From Rhizodiscina lignyota (taxonomy: Eukaryota): a stretch of 64,000 nt of DNA. The translations under genes were made by a program, and so were the position numbers. Location of the stretch: the NCBI GenBank assembly GCA_010015805.1, contig ML978125.1, forward strand, positions 434,001 through 498,000. The letters are read 5' to 3'. Below, piece after piece: positions 35,626-46,530 of this stretch (within the stretch, counting starts at the first letter, position 1; every line of letters begins with the position of its first letter). Below the pieces are notes generated by a model. That model was given only the letters and a program-made list of their open reading frames with translations, was not told the DNA's origin and did no database searches.

Positions 35626-37431
35626 ATGTCCATCCTCACGCAAAACCTTTCGCTCTTTCACACCGACACCGCAAACCCTGGAGACACGTACGACCATGAG
35701 ATCCAGCTGGTCGATCACACAAAACCGCGCGTGGAGGAGGGTGGGACCGAGCTGAGCCAGGCTCCCACGGCCCAGCCCGAGCCCGAAACTCCAATATCTC
35801 CAACAGAATCTGCTACTAGTCCACTGTCACAAAAATGGACGCGTGGAAGTCTTCATGCGGAGCTCACGAAGCGGAAATACAGGAAGTGGCAGGAGGAGCG
35901 AGTCGTGGAAGCGGCATCACCTACGAAGCCATCCACAGTTAACGTCGAAGAAGAACCTTCTGCTTCTCCCGCCGACTCGCAGCCGGAAACACCACAGCAC
36001 TTACCTTCCAAGCGCGATACCTTCCGTACGACACGCCACGCCGTCAAGGACTCCATCAAAGATGCAATTCGCGGTCCACGATCGAAGCACGTGCATACTC
36101 ACGCTGCCTCCACCTACGACGTCCTCTATGAGAATCAGCGGGGCATGTTCTGCTTTGGCAATCCTAGGTTCTCCTCCAACTCACTCCTCAATTTCGACCC
36201 TCCTGCATGGCAAACCGCCACGTCCCACCCCTCGCCCGTCGATATCACAAATGCACAATTACCGGATCCGAGCTGGGTCTGGGCAGAGGGCTGGAAGAGC
36301 TGGTACGTGGACATGAGCGGCGATGTGGATGAGGAGGGATGGAGGTACAGCTTCGCGTTCGGACAGAGAGGGAGATTCTCCTGGCATGGGACACATCCGT
36401 GGTTCCACTCCTTTGTGCGGAGGAGACGATGGGTGAGGTTGAGGGTCAGGAAGGGCCACCCTCTAAGCGGAGAGAAGGCACCGAAGACGATGCATGAAGC
36501 GCACATGCTGACTGCGGAATACTTCACGATTCACAACGCGGAGAGAGGGCCAAGCCCCGACCGTGATAGCTACACCGTGGACACGAAACGTCAGTCTGTA
36601 GCGACAAGTAAGCGGTGGAGCGCGGTGGGCGGAGAAGACGAGCCGCCGATTGAAGAGGTGGAGATTCGAGACATCTCAACGCTCCTGAAAAGACTGCGCA
36701 AAGCCCCAATTGATCGCGAGAAGGTCACGGATGTGCGAACATTCTTGGAGCAGGGCGGCGAAGAGTTATTTTATTTGGCGGAGAGCATGCACGAGATGAT
36801 GTCGCTACTGGTTTTCCAGAGCAGTCGCCAACAGCTGTTGACCATGCTGCTGAAGAAGTATGAGGACGCGACAGAAGAGCAGAAGAAAGAAAATCGGAAA
36901 AAGAAGAAGGAAAAGGAAAAGGAAATTTCAGCTGGAGACCAGAGCATGATTGAGAAGAACGTGGAGAACCTTAGGCGGGCCGTTGAAGCGGCTAATGAGG
37001 AGTGCAAGCGCCTGGAGTACTGGAGCGACATGCGAGACGTGGTCAGAGATGGCGAAGTGAACGATGCAGCAGATGAACCAGAGGGCTGGGACAAAAGTGG
37101 TGCGGACAGCAGAGATGCGATGAGTCCGTGCGATTCTGATGACGAAGGTGATAACAAATCTCCAGTAGGAAAGACTACCATTTTCGCAGACGACGTCGAC
37201 GATGGCAAAGGAGAAGGGGAGCGGTTCGACGGTTCCTATGTGGACTACATAGCGAGGAAGAATGCGGACACACCGAAAGTGAGCCATGAGGATGAAACGC
37301 CATCTGCGGAAGAGGTCAAGTCTCCAGATGAGGAGCATCCATATGATCCAGCAGTCGCAGACGAGCACCATGAACCGGGAGAAGGTTCTGGTGGCCAAGG
37401 TATGCCTGACTCTGGGGATGGCGTTGATTGA
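35626..37431 (+). CDS. mug65: Dysferlin-domain protein, Mug65/Spo73-like
   Basis: LYENQRG, FDPPAW, LPDPSWVW, WYVDMSGDVDEEGWRYSF and SFVRRRRW. Confidence 0.8.
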   Translation: MSILTQNLSLFHTDTANPGDTYDHEIQLVDHTKPRVEEGGTELSQAPTAQPEPETPISPTESATSPLSQKWTRGSLHAELTKRKYRKWQEERVVEAASPTKPSTVNVEEEPSASPADSQPETPQHLPSKRDTFRTTRHAVKDSIKDAIRGPRSKHVHTHAASTYDVLYENQRGMFCFGNPRFSSNSLLNFDPPAWQTATSHPSPVDITNAQLPDPSWVWAEGWKSWYVDMSGDVDEEGWRYSFAFGQRGRFSWHGTHPWFHSFVRRRRWVRLRVRKGHPLSGEKAPKTMHEAHMLTAEYFTIHNAERGPSPDRDSYTVDTKRQSVATSKRWSAVGGEDEPPIEEVEIRDISTLLKRLRKAPIDREKVTDVRTFLEQGGEELFYLAESMHEMMSLLVFQSSRQQLLTMLLKKYEDATEEQKKENRKKKKEKEKEISAGDQSMIEKNVENLRRAVEAANEECKRLEYWSDMRDVVRDGEVNDAADEPEGWDKSGADSRDAMSPCDSDDEGDNKSPVGKTTIFADDVDDGKGEGERFDGSYVDYIARKNADTPKVSHEDETPSAEEVKSPDEEHPYDPAVADEHHEPGEGSGGQGMPDSGDGVD

Positions 37432-37580
37432 TTCTTCTTCTTTTTGACCTGCGTTCTATTCTAATGTATTACTACAGAGCTCAGAAAGAGTCAATCAAGA
37501 CCATCTTTGAAATCGGAGTCGCGCACTCTTTCGTGGATTGAACAAGCTTGGGGCTGAAGGGATCGAGATCTTAGCGATAT

Positions 37581-39152
37581 TTATGTACATTGGATGTGAC
37601 AAGCGTTGATTTTCTTTCCACCTTGCTGCAATATGCTGAAGATACCATCTGGATCGTATTTATCTTGTATTTCTTTCAGACGGCACAAGTTCTCGAGTCC
37701 ATAGCCGATGAATGGATCCTGCCATTCCGCTGCATAGTTGAGATATACAAAGCGGTGTAACGAGCCTGTATCCTCCGCTTCCTTTTTCATCGTATTGTGC
37801 ACTTCTTTGGCGAACCTGTGAAAGAACTCGCTCTGTTCATGACGCGTCCAATAAATCTCCAATGACAGAAGCATAAGCGGTCCTGCTGTAGACAATCCTA
37901 GAGCATTGTCGTCGTGTGAGATGTGAGATGCAGTAAGCGGCTGGAACGTCAGATATACGCCTGCCGCGTCTTCGAAAGCAATGGAGCCAGTGAGCGACTC
38001 GAACGTCTTCAGTATTCTTCTCATCAGTTCTCCAACAGGTTGGAATGTCAGAGTGAATTTGAGTTTGCGGTACTGGAAGTCTGAGGTTTGGTCGGCGAGC
38101 AGTACCAAGGTGCTGGTGTTTGCGGTGAGGCGGCTTTCTTGGACAGCTTGCAGGCCATCGAATAGTTTGAATGATGGGGACATCTTCTCTGCAGCTGCAT
38201 TTACAAGGACTAACGTTGATGAAATCGTGCTAGTGGCTGCCGTATACGCGAAGCTCAGAAAGACGCTCGAATCGGGATCGTGGTGCCCTATGTGGGTGAA
38301 TTTCTCGAGGGCAGGGAAGATGCGATTTACTACGGTTAATGGCTGCGAGAAGCTCCGGATGACAATGTAGAGCACTCCCTGCTGGAATGTTGCCATTCTC
38401 ACACCGGTGACGATGCCAAAGTTGTTTCCACCTCCCTTCAGTGCCCAAAATAGGTCTGGATGTTCTGCAGCGGAAGCCATGACGATGCTCCCGTTCGCGA
38501 GTAGTATTTCGTATACGAGCGCTGAGTCGCAGCTCCACCCATAACGATTTGAGTGATAAGATGAGCCACCTCCAAGAACGTAACCGCCTACCCCTACAGA
38601 GCCAGATCTGCCGCCCACAGCTGATAAATTGTGCCGCTCAAGGACGCGATATACATCGAGCCATGTTGCCCCAGGCTGGAGAAACAGAGCTTTCTTATCC
38701 TCTGACAACTCGATCTTATTCAGACCAGAGAGATCAAGCGTGATTCCATCATCAATATTCGATGCTCCAGGAAGGAATGAATGGCCTCCACTTCTGACTG
38801 CGAATGATGCGTTGAATTTCTTTACGGTTTCGATGAATACGCTTACGTCCGAAGCGTCTAAAGCTGCTATGCGGCATCGAGGTTGGTAATCATGTGCTTG
38901 TTCGTACAACCAATATGAATTCTGTTGCCGGTCATACTCTACGCTGTGCTGGAAGAAGACTCTATCTGGGAGTCTTGATTGAAGTTCAGTGCACTAAGTA
39001 AGGCGTTGAGAAATTGTTTTTGGAGCGTAACATTTGAGACTCACTGACAGTGCAACGCCATCCGCCTGTTCTACAGACAGGAAGACTTGAGGGTCATGGC
39101 ACGAGACGAGAGCAACGATGACTGATATTGAAGATAAAGAAAAGATATTCAT
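37581..39152 (-). CDS. Secreted FAD-binding oxidoreductase (BBE/VAO-like)
   Basis: Signal-like exon 1 MNIFSLSSISVIVALVSC. Motifs RSGGH (covalent FAD His), GVGGYVLGGG, DLFWALKGGGNNFGIVT, YLNYA and KYDPDGIF. Confidence 0.9.
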
Positions 39153-39538
39153 TTCTCAATATCAATGGTCAAGCTACTCATAGAAGAATAAGTATTCCAA
39201 GGCATGAATCATGTTAATTTCCAACATGACTTAATATTGTACAGTAGAGATTTTGATCAGAATTCGGAGTTCACGAGAGACGACGGATGAACCTTGCAAC
39301 TCATACGTGGTGAGGTGAGGATACGGTTGTGATCGCCGGACGAAGTCAAGAAGCATATGCTAGGGTTAGGGTTAAGGAAAATGCCCCCTGCAGGCGAGGA
39401 ATGCCAAGACTTCCGGCCAGTCGCGACGTCAATTAAACACGCGACGCAACCGTAACTTCATCCATCTCTCACCACCCCGCTACTCACCACCAACTTCCTA
39501 AATTCGCCGATTCACACAGCTGCAGAATCTGCATCAAG

Positions 39539-40707
39539 ATGCCGACGCTGTCGGAGATGATATATCCCCCGCAGTCGCCAGGGCCGGGATGGCGTCCTGG
39601 AGACCTTCCTCGCGGCGACACTCCTGAGCGATGGAGACATGGGAACCGGCCAACACTGGAGGCGGAGTCGAAGACACCAATACGTTCATGGAGGTATGAC
39701 ACTCAATGAATGAGATAACTTGTCGTTGCTGTATTTGAGCTAACGTTTTGGCAGAAAGAAGTTCCGGAAGATGAAGATGCGCTTCGACCGAGCGATGGAC
39801 GAGAGCAACGCCATGTATCGAGAAGAGCAGAACGCAATGTACCTCGCCAAGCGGTTACAGGAACAGAATGAGTATGTAGCCACTCCAAACTTGATTTCGC
39901 GAGAATTTACGACGAGCCAGTCAACTACTCGACCTGCTTCTGGACATCAACGATGAGCCGCGCATGCCTACCAGTCTCCGCTTCAATCTCCATACTCCTC
40001 CTCCTCCTCTTGGTGCCTCCGATGAACCCTTGCTCGAACCCGATGACGCTCCTAAGCCTCTCTCCGCTCTCGAGACTACCACTCCGCACAGCAAACTCTC
40101 TGAGGAAGCCCTTAAACTTCACCCAGAGCTTACCGTCGACCAACCATTAGGCTACTATGACCCTGCACATGAAGAAGAATACCTCACAGCACTTGACGCA
40201 ATCCTTGCAGATCCTAGCGGCTATCCGCCCGATGAACACACCGGCCGACCGTTCCGTGCCTACGAACGGGCGATGATAACGGACAAGGAAATCTCTCTGA
40301 AGAACCCGATGTCTGTGACAAACTGGCTGCGTCGCAATCAGCCAGACGTGTTCTTGCAAGATAAGTACGAAGAGAGAGCAAGTGCAAAAGCTTCACGACA
40401 AGCAGCTGCTGAAGCTGGTGGAAACACAGGTGGCCACCGGGGCAAGAGGGCGAGCTTGGCGAGCGTGCAGACTCCTACGGCCCCGAAGAATGATCACGAC
40501 ACGTTGGATGATGAGATTGGATTCGTACCCGACGCGCCATTTGGGAGTGGAAGGGGCAAGAGGAACAAAGATGATGAGCCTTACAGGCCGAAGGGTGGCA
40601 GCAGCCGGCCTACGAAGCGGAAGAGGGAGGATGGCGAAAAAGGTGGCAGGAAGAAGTCGAGGACGAGCGTGGCCATGCAGGAAGATGCGGCTCATGACGA
40701 AGCGTAA
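39539..40707 (+). CDS. IEC3: INO80 complex subunit Iec3-like
   Basis: Spliced RSWRKKFRKMKMRFD...AKRLQEQND, NPMSVTNWLRRNQPDVFLQD and DDEPYRPKGGSSRPTKRKR. Confidence 0.8.
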
Positions 40708-40772
40708 TGAGTACAGGATGTCGGAGAGATTTCAATGAATGCTCTTGATGGCCAAGAGTTGGCCCCCAGGAG

Positions 40773-40893
40773 CCTCACGATGTTTTGGGCAATGTTTTCT
40801 TTAGACTTTCAGGCCTCACCGTAGCATCTCAATTGATTGCTACTTTCCTTTCTCTCATGGCGTACATCAGTCTCCTTGCTCTCTTCAAGTGAT
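40773..40893 (+). repeat. Copy 1 of a duplicated non-coding segment upstream of kinase 1
   Basis: Shares ttgggcaatgttt..ttagac..attgctacttt..tctcat..ttgctctcttcaa.tgatt with 42603-42750. Confidence 0.75.
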
Positions 40894-41108
40894 TGTGCAC
40901 TGCAGCGCTAAGCCACATGCCTCCTGGCTCGATTCTACCCGATCAGTGCGCAATTGCGTCGCAGTAGAGAAGCCCAATATCCTATCTTCGTTCCAATTGT
41001 TTGCAGTGTCTATCTGCAGCGTTGGTATAAGGCTGCGGGAGTCACCCACACTGGTGGGGGACAGTTTGGGAACCCGCTCATTCCGTTCAACAGTTGAGAG
41101 TTTCCAAG

Positions 41109-42537
41109 ATGTCCAGTTTCGGGATACCAACATCAGGCTTCGAGCCAGCCGAATCTTCAGAGAAACTCGAGGAAGAGAGGCTCTGGGGATCTGAGCCAAG
41201 TGATTATTATCCGGTGAAACTTGGAGATATCTACAACAACAGATACAAAGTTCGTGGAAAACTTGGCTATGGCGGCTCTTCTACCATCTGGCTTGCCAGC
41301 GATATCAAGTATGCCAAAGTTCACAAACCTTTCGGCTCTTGTACTAATTCCGGATAGAGAAAATCGTTTCGTCGTCCTGAAAGTCTTCGCGCTCAGCAGG
41401 AGAGGAGCAAAAAGAGAACCGAATTTCTTCAGTACTCTAGACGAAGTGGAGAAGACTTACAAGATCGAAGGCCCTGGGGGAGTATACATTCGAAGACCCC
41501 TTGATCAATTTTCGATCACCTGGAACGATCCAGGAAAACCTCCCCAGATCGGCACAAGGAAATGGACGCACCCAGTTCTCGTTTTCAAGCCCTTGGGCCC
41601 ATCTATTGGCACGCTATTTCGGCAACGTCTGATCACCGATCAGAGAGGTATGACCCCAGAAGACGTCAAACTCATCATTCGACACACACTCTCCGTATTA
41701 GATTACCTGCACACGGCCAACTTCATCCATGGAGGTTTGTAATGGATACGGTCCCACGCACACGCGCTGACGAGACGTAGAGGTCCATGAGGATAACCTC
41801 CTCCTTCCATTTTCGTACACTGGGATCCCAGGCTTCGTGCTAGACGAAGGTGACAATCCAACCCGCAGCAAGGTGATCGATAAAATTCGAACCGTGTATG
41901 AATCCCATTCTACTCAGATAGCAAGCGACGTTCTCCCGCCAACTCTCTGCGGTTTTAGTAACGCATTGTCCGTGTCAAAGAACGCAAAAATCCCAGCCGT
42001 ACAATTCACTGGCGAGGAGCACTCGTGGTCGCCGCAGGTCATCCTCGGCATACCTTGGGGCAAGAAGAACGATATTTGGCAACTTGGGTGCATGGTGTGC
42101 TTTTCCAATTCCCGTTTCAACAGGATGATGCTCACACATTCCAGACGTGGTATCTTTTCGAAGGGCACCGGCTCTTTCATGAGGGTACAGTTATTGGCTG
42201 GAAACCTTCAGAGCTTTGTTCAAGACAACTAGCATTGATGATAGCGGTATTGGGGAAGCCCTCGATAGAGTATTTGAAGAAAGGCCAACGCACCAAGGAC
42301 TACTTTGACAGCGATTGGAAGTGGACTGGCTATCGGGAAAGTGATGATGGAATGCCAGCGTCTGCCACTAATTCGCATAAAATACCGAAGACCAGCTTGA
42401 AGGCGCAAGCGCGAAGATTGTCAAAGGGCACAAAGAGGAAGGAAGTTTACCTGGATTTCATACAAAAATGTCTGCAATGGGAGGAGAAGGACAGATGGTC
42501 CGCAAAACAGCTTCTTGGCCACCCGTGGCTGGAGTGA
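41109..42537 (+). CDS. SRPK/Sky1-like kinase-fold protein, probable pseudokinase
   Basis: YYPV..G, KLGYGGSSTIWLA, VVLK, DIWQLG and LLGHPW. The catalytic loop reads HGEVHEDN and the DFG position reads GFS. Three introns. Confidence 0.8.
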
Positions 42538-42602
42538 GCCGCGTGTATGTGTCAGGTCTCCCCATGATTAAGTTATTGGGGGAGTTAAGACGACTTTCGG
42601 GG

Positions 42603-42750
42603 TCTCACAATGATTTGGGCAATGTTTCCTTAGACCTTGAGACCTTGCTATAGCGTCCCAGCTAATTGCTACTTTACTTTTTCTCATTTGTTATTGTGTA
42701 CAACTTTCTATGACTCAGTTCAATTGTCTCGTTGCTCTCTTCAAATGATT
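42603..42750 (+). repeat. Copy 2 of a duplicated non-coding segment upstream of kinase 2
   Basis: Colinear similarity to 40773-40893, with a short insertion. Confidence 0.75.
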
Positions 42751-42911
42751 CGACTTTGTCTGAACAATGCGCATTTGCGTCGGATTGAAGCCCATTGTCC
42801 AACATTTCCTTATAAATATCTACGAACTCTCTTCGATATCGATCGTTATGAGGCCTTAGAAGACTCGTTTAACTCTCCGACAGCTACATATTATCACGGA
42901 TATTCGGCAGC

Positions 42912-44341
42912 ATGGCCGATCTTTGGAAGCCGCCAACATCAGGCTTTGAACACATTACCTCTTCTCGGCTAGTCGATGAGGAGCTAAATGAAGCTTATGA
43001 TGCAAGCAACTGGTATCCTGTTAAATTTGGCGAAGTTTTTCATGAGAGATATCAAGTTCGCGCAAAGCTCGGGTGGGGTGGTAGTTCCACGGTGTGGCTT
43101 GCAAAGGATCTCTCTGCGAAGGATTCCAAGTATGACAATTTAGCAATGTTCATGGCCTTGCAGATTTAATGCTAATCCCTTACAGGCAGGACGGCTGGGT
43201 GACGCTCAAAGTCTACGCAGGCGGTATGGAAGCGGATGAAGAAGGCGAAATGGGCAAAAGTCGTGAATTCGCGTTCTACGATGCTGTTAACGAATACAAA
43301 CAACAAGAACACTTAGATACTGGATCTGATGGAGAACTTTCTATCTGCAATTGCCTTGGTCGATTCGTCATCAGCTGGGACAACCCTGGAGGTCCGCCTG
43401 GCTCGAAACCTACGACGCAGACTCATCAAGTGGTTGTACTTGAGCCCTTGGGTTGGACTATTCACACCCTGTTTCTGTCATTTCTGAAGAAAACGGAATT
43501 GATACCGGAGAGTTTGTCCAAGGACATTCTCCGAAGCACACTGCTGGCCCTCGACTTTATGCACACGAAAATCAAGCGCATTCATGCAGGTACGTGCTCG
43601 GCTGGCGAGGAAAGAAATGTACACTGACAGGGAAAAGACGTTGATGAGCAAAATCTTATGCTCACACTCTCGGACCGAGCAGATCTTGATGAATTCGCAG
43701 AGAGAGAAGATGCTCAGCCATGCGCAAGGAAGATCATCGATAGCACTCGGACCGTATATGAAGCTCGCGAGCTCCGGGAACCCAAGGAGTATCTGGCTCC
43801 AATGCTTTGCGATTTCGGCCATTCTACACATATAAAGGAGGACCATGCGTGTATGGGTCTCGCCGGGAAGCCGCATGCGCGTTCTCCACAAATGATGTTT
43901 GATGTGAAATGGACCGAAAAGCTTGATATCTGGCAATTTGGATGCATGGTGAGAAGCTCCGTGCAATTTGCGAAGGAGGTACTGACACGGCCGCAGGCTT
44001 GGTATTTATTTGAAGGAGAACGGCTCTTCAAACTGCCGAATCATCCTTCGAGTGATGCCAGTGTTTATGATGCGCACCTTGAGCAAATGATATCGCTCCT
44101 GGGACATCCTTCTGTTGAGCTTCTGCACCACCCCGACGCAGAAGACGCAAAGGTTTGGTTTGAAAATTTTTGCCAGGGCATTTCCCCCAGAACGCTCGAA
44201 GACAGAGAGGGAAGACTCCTGTCGGAGCCTGCTAAGAGAGAGATCTTCCTGGATTTTATGCACAAATGTGTGCAATGGAAGGAGCAGGACAGATGGTCTG
44301 CAAAGCAGCTTCTCGGGCACCCGTGGTTGCTAGAAAAATGA
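42912..44341 (+). CDS. SRPK/Sky1-like protein kinase (divergent)
   Basis: WYPVKFG, KLGWGGSSTVWLA, VTLK, HADVDEQN (spliced), LCDFG, RSPQ, DIWQFG and LLGHPW. Same three intron positions as the upstream paralog. Confidence 0.85.
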
Positions 44342-45163
44342 GTATGGGAGCATTAACACTGCTTCCGTGGTCACAGTATGTATTATCTTTCGGCGTGCTT
44401 CTTGTAGAATTGAAGGAATAAACAGAGATATCATTATCACTCACTCATTATGCCCATATACTGTCACAGATGGAAAGCCAGGTAAAGTATTTTTTCTTCC
44501 CTCAGCTTTGTGAGTGAAGATTCTGGATACACTGCGGCAGGCCGAGAACGAACTGCCATTGAGGGGGTTATGTGGTTGCAGTCTCCACAAAGCATGCGAG
44601 ACAATACATACGAAGACGTGCTCAAGGAGACACCGCCGACAGTTGGTGTCGCATTGCGTGTCGTTCTAATTGGTGATCGGAAAACTCAACTCGTCATTTC
44701 ACTGAGTGAAGGTTGTATGTTTAGTCAGACTATCGTACAGATGAATAAAGAAACGATTACGTCTCTATAAAAAAAAAAGGAGTTATTTCAATAGGTCTTG
44801 CAGTATTACTATTGTTGGCAACTCCATAAAAATCTGTACCGGGTCGGAAGAGGAGCCCGCTCGTGTGAGATTCGCCCACAATCCTTCTAGCCTCATCTTA
44901 TGAGCGAGACCCTCATCACAGACATTGAAGCTCATGCCGTATGGAGCAGTCGAGCGAGGAAGCTCCCGCACCCATTGAACAGTATGTTTAGGAGCAGTTC
45001 AATTTCAGAACATACCTCTTTAATGACATCAACCACGACCGTCAAGCTTCAAGACTTGACAGTCTTCTCCTTACTCAACTCAGCCGCGCTGTATCTCAAA
45101 CTTGTCACTATGAATTCTCCCAGATTCTGTTACGATGGCGGCACTCATCACACATTCTCAACC

Positions 45164-45967
45164 TCAATGTACCAAAATCGTCCCCTTCCCCCTCTCCCAC
45201 GCATCCAAACCCTCCTTAATATTAACCCAATACCTCAGCCGCACAGCCTCCCTCCTCGCAGTCTCCATATCATCCTCCTTAAACGCCTGTTCCAAAACCC
45301 CTACGCTCTCTTCAATCCTGACATCATTCTCGCCCTTCAACTCGTGAATCACATCCTCGCTATCCGCCTCCTCCATCGCCTCGTTGACCTCCATCACCGT
45401 CATCAGCAGCTCGCTGTCCCCACCGGCGTCGCCTCCCAGCTTCGCCGCTTCGTCCTTGTCTGTCTCGATCCCCCGCAGTGCGAGCAGGTACTGTGCGCGT
45501 CTCAGCGGGTCTTGCAGCGTCTTGTACGCCTCGTTGATGAGCGCGCTGGTAGCTTGCGCGCGGGCCTTCAGCGGTTCGGGGTGGAGATCTGGATGCGCTC
45601 TGGCCTGCAGCTGGAGGAATTCGCGGCGCAGAGTGCGCGGGTCGACGTGGAATGGCCCGGAGGGCGGTGGGCCGGACGGAATGGTCGAGGGGAAGAGATC
45701 GTAGTGCGTCTTTGGAGCTTGCGTGGGTAGGGGGGAAGAGTTGGAAGGTTCGTCTGGTTTCGTGCTTTCAGAGGCAGAGGCTGAGGAGGAGTACGCTCGA
45801 GTTGGTTGTCTTGAGGAATGCCACAGCTCTCTTCTCGCCGAACAGAGCGGCTTGGTTATGTAGACTTGAGGATGGGTTCGTGGACGCGTCGCTGGACGAG
45901 CGCCTTGAATGTCGTGTGCCAGCGCGTTGCGCAGGTATCGCAGCGTGGAAGGAGATGCTGCGCGCAT
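45164..45967 (-). CDS. JAC1: Mitochondrial Fe-S cluster co-chaperone Hsc20/HscB (J-protein)
   Basis: Arg/Ser-rich presequence, J-domain LQARAHPD, INEAYKTLQDPLRRAQYLL and C-terminal LRYWVNI. Confidence 0.93.
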   Translation of the reverse strand: MRAASPSTLRYLRNALAHDIQGARPATRPRTHPQVYITKPLCSARRELWHSSRQPTRAYSSSASASESTKPDEPSNSSPLPTQAPKTHYDLFPSTIPSGPPPSGPFHVDPRTLRREFLQLQARAHPDLHPEPLKARAQATSALINEAYKTLQDPLRRAQYLLALRGIETDKDEAAKLGGDAGGDSELLMTVMEVNEAMEEADSEDVIHELKGENDVRIEESVGVLEQAFKEDDMETARREAVRLRYWVNIKEGLDAWERGKGTILVH

Positions 45968-46530
45968 TGCGGGAAGACTGGAGCTTTGAATAGCTTCTCC
46001 TCTATATTATTTAGAGAGACGAGAGATAGAATCTATTGAAGTTGAAAGAAAAGGGCGTGAAGAAATCAGAATAGCAATGGCGACTTTTTGAAAGAAATCG
46101 TCACGCTCATGCGCGAACGAACGTCATCTGGGCATCCGATGCCGCAGCGCTAACGCCGATGCCGCGGGAGGGCATCGTGCAGGCTTGGCGGTGCGGTACC
46201 CAGCTCTCGGTACCTCTGCTCGCATCATGGGTGCGAGTCATTCTGGACTTTTGATATCAGCGCTTGGCGACGAGACAGTCGGAGTCTACAGAATCAATTA
46301 AAAGTATCTACGTCTGCAATTTGAATGTGCAGAATGGACGAATGGTTTGTACAGAGGCCTTGCTCGAAGTGACCCCAACCGAACGCAGTCCCTCTCCAGC
46401 ACGCAGTATCCACCGGGGTATTTTTAACGCATTCCCAAATCCCAGATCCCATTGTCGGCCGAAAACAATCCCAGGATTAAATAATGTACAGTCCTTTTGT
46501 TCATCAAGCCTCGATTATGTATCCTCGTCT

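Noticed and set aside
39359..39377. Telomere-like TTAGGG units (also near 3183)
   Set aside because: Only about two units each, too short for a telomere or healed break. They are at most promoter motifs.
44900..45730. 276-aa plus-strand ORF
   Set aside because: Antisense shadow of JAC1 caused by GC-rich codon bias.
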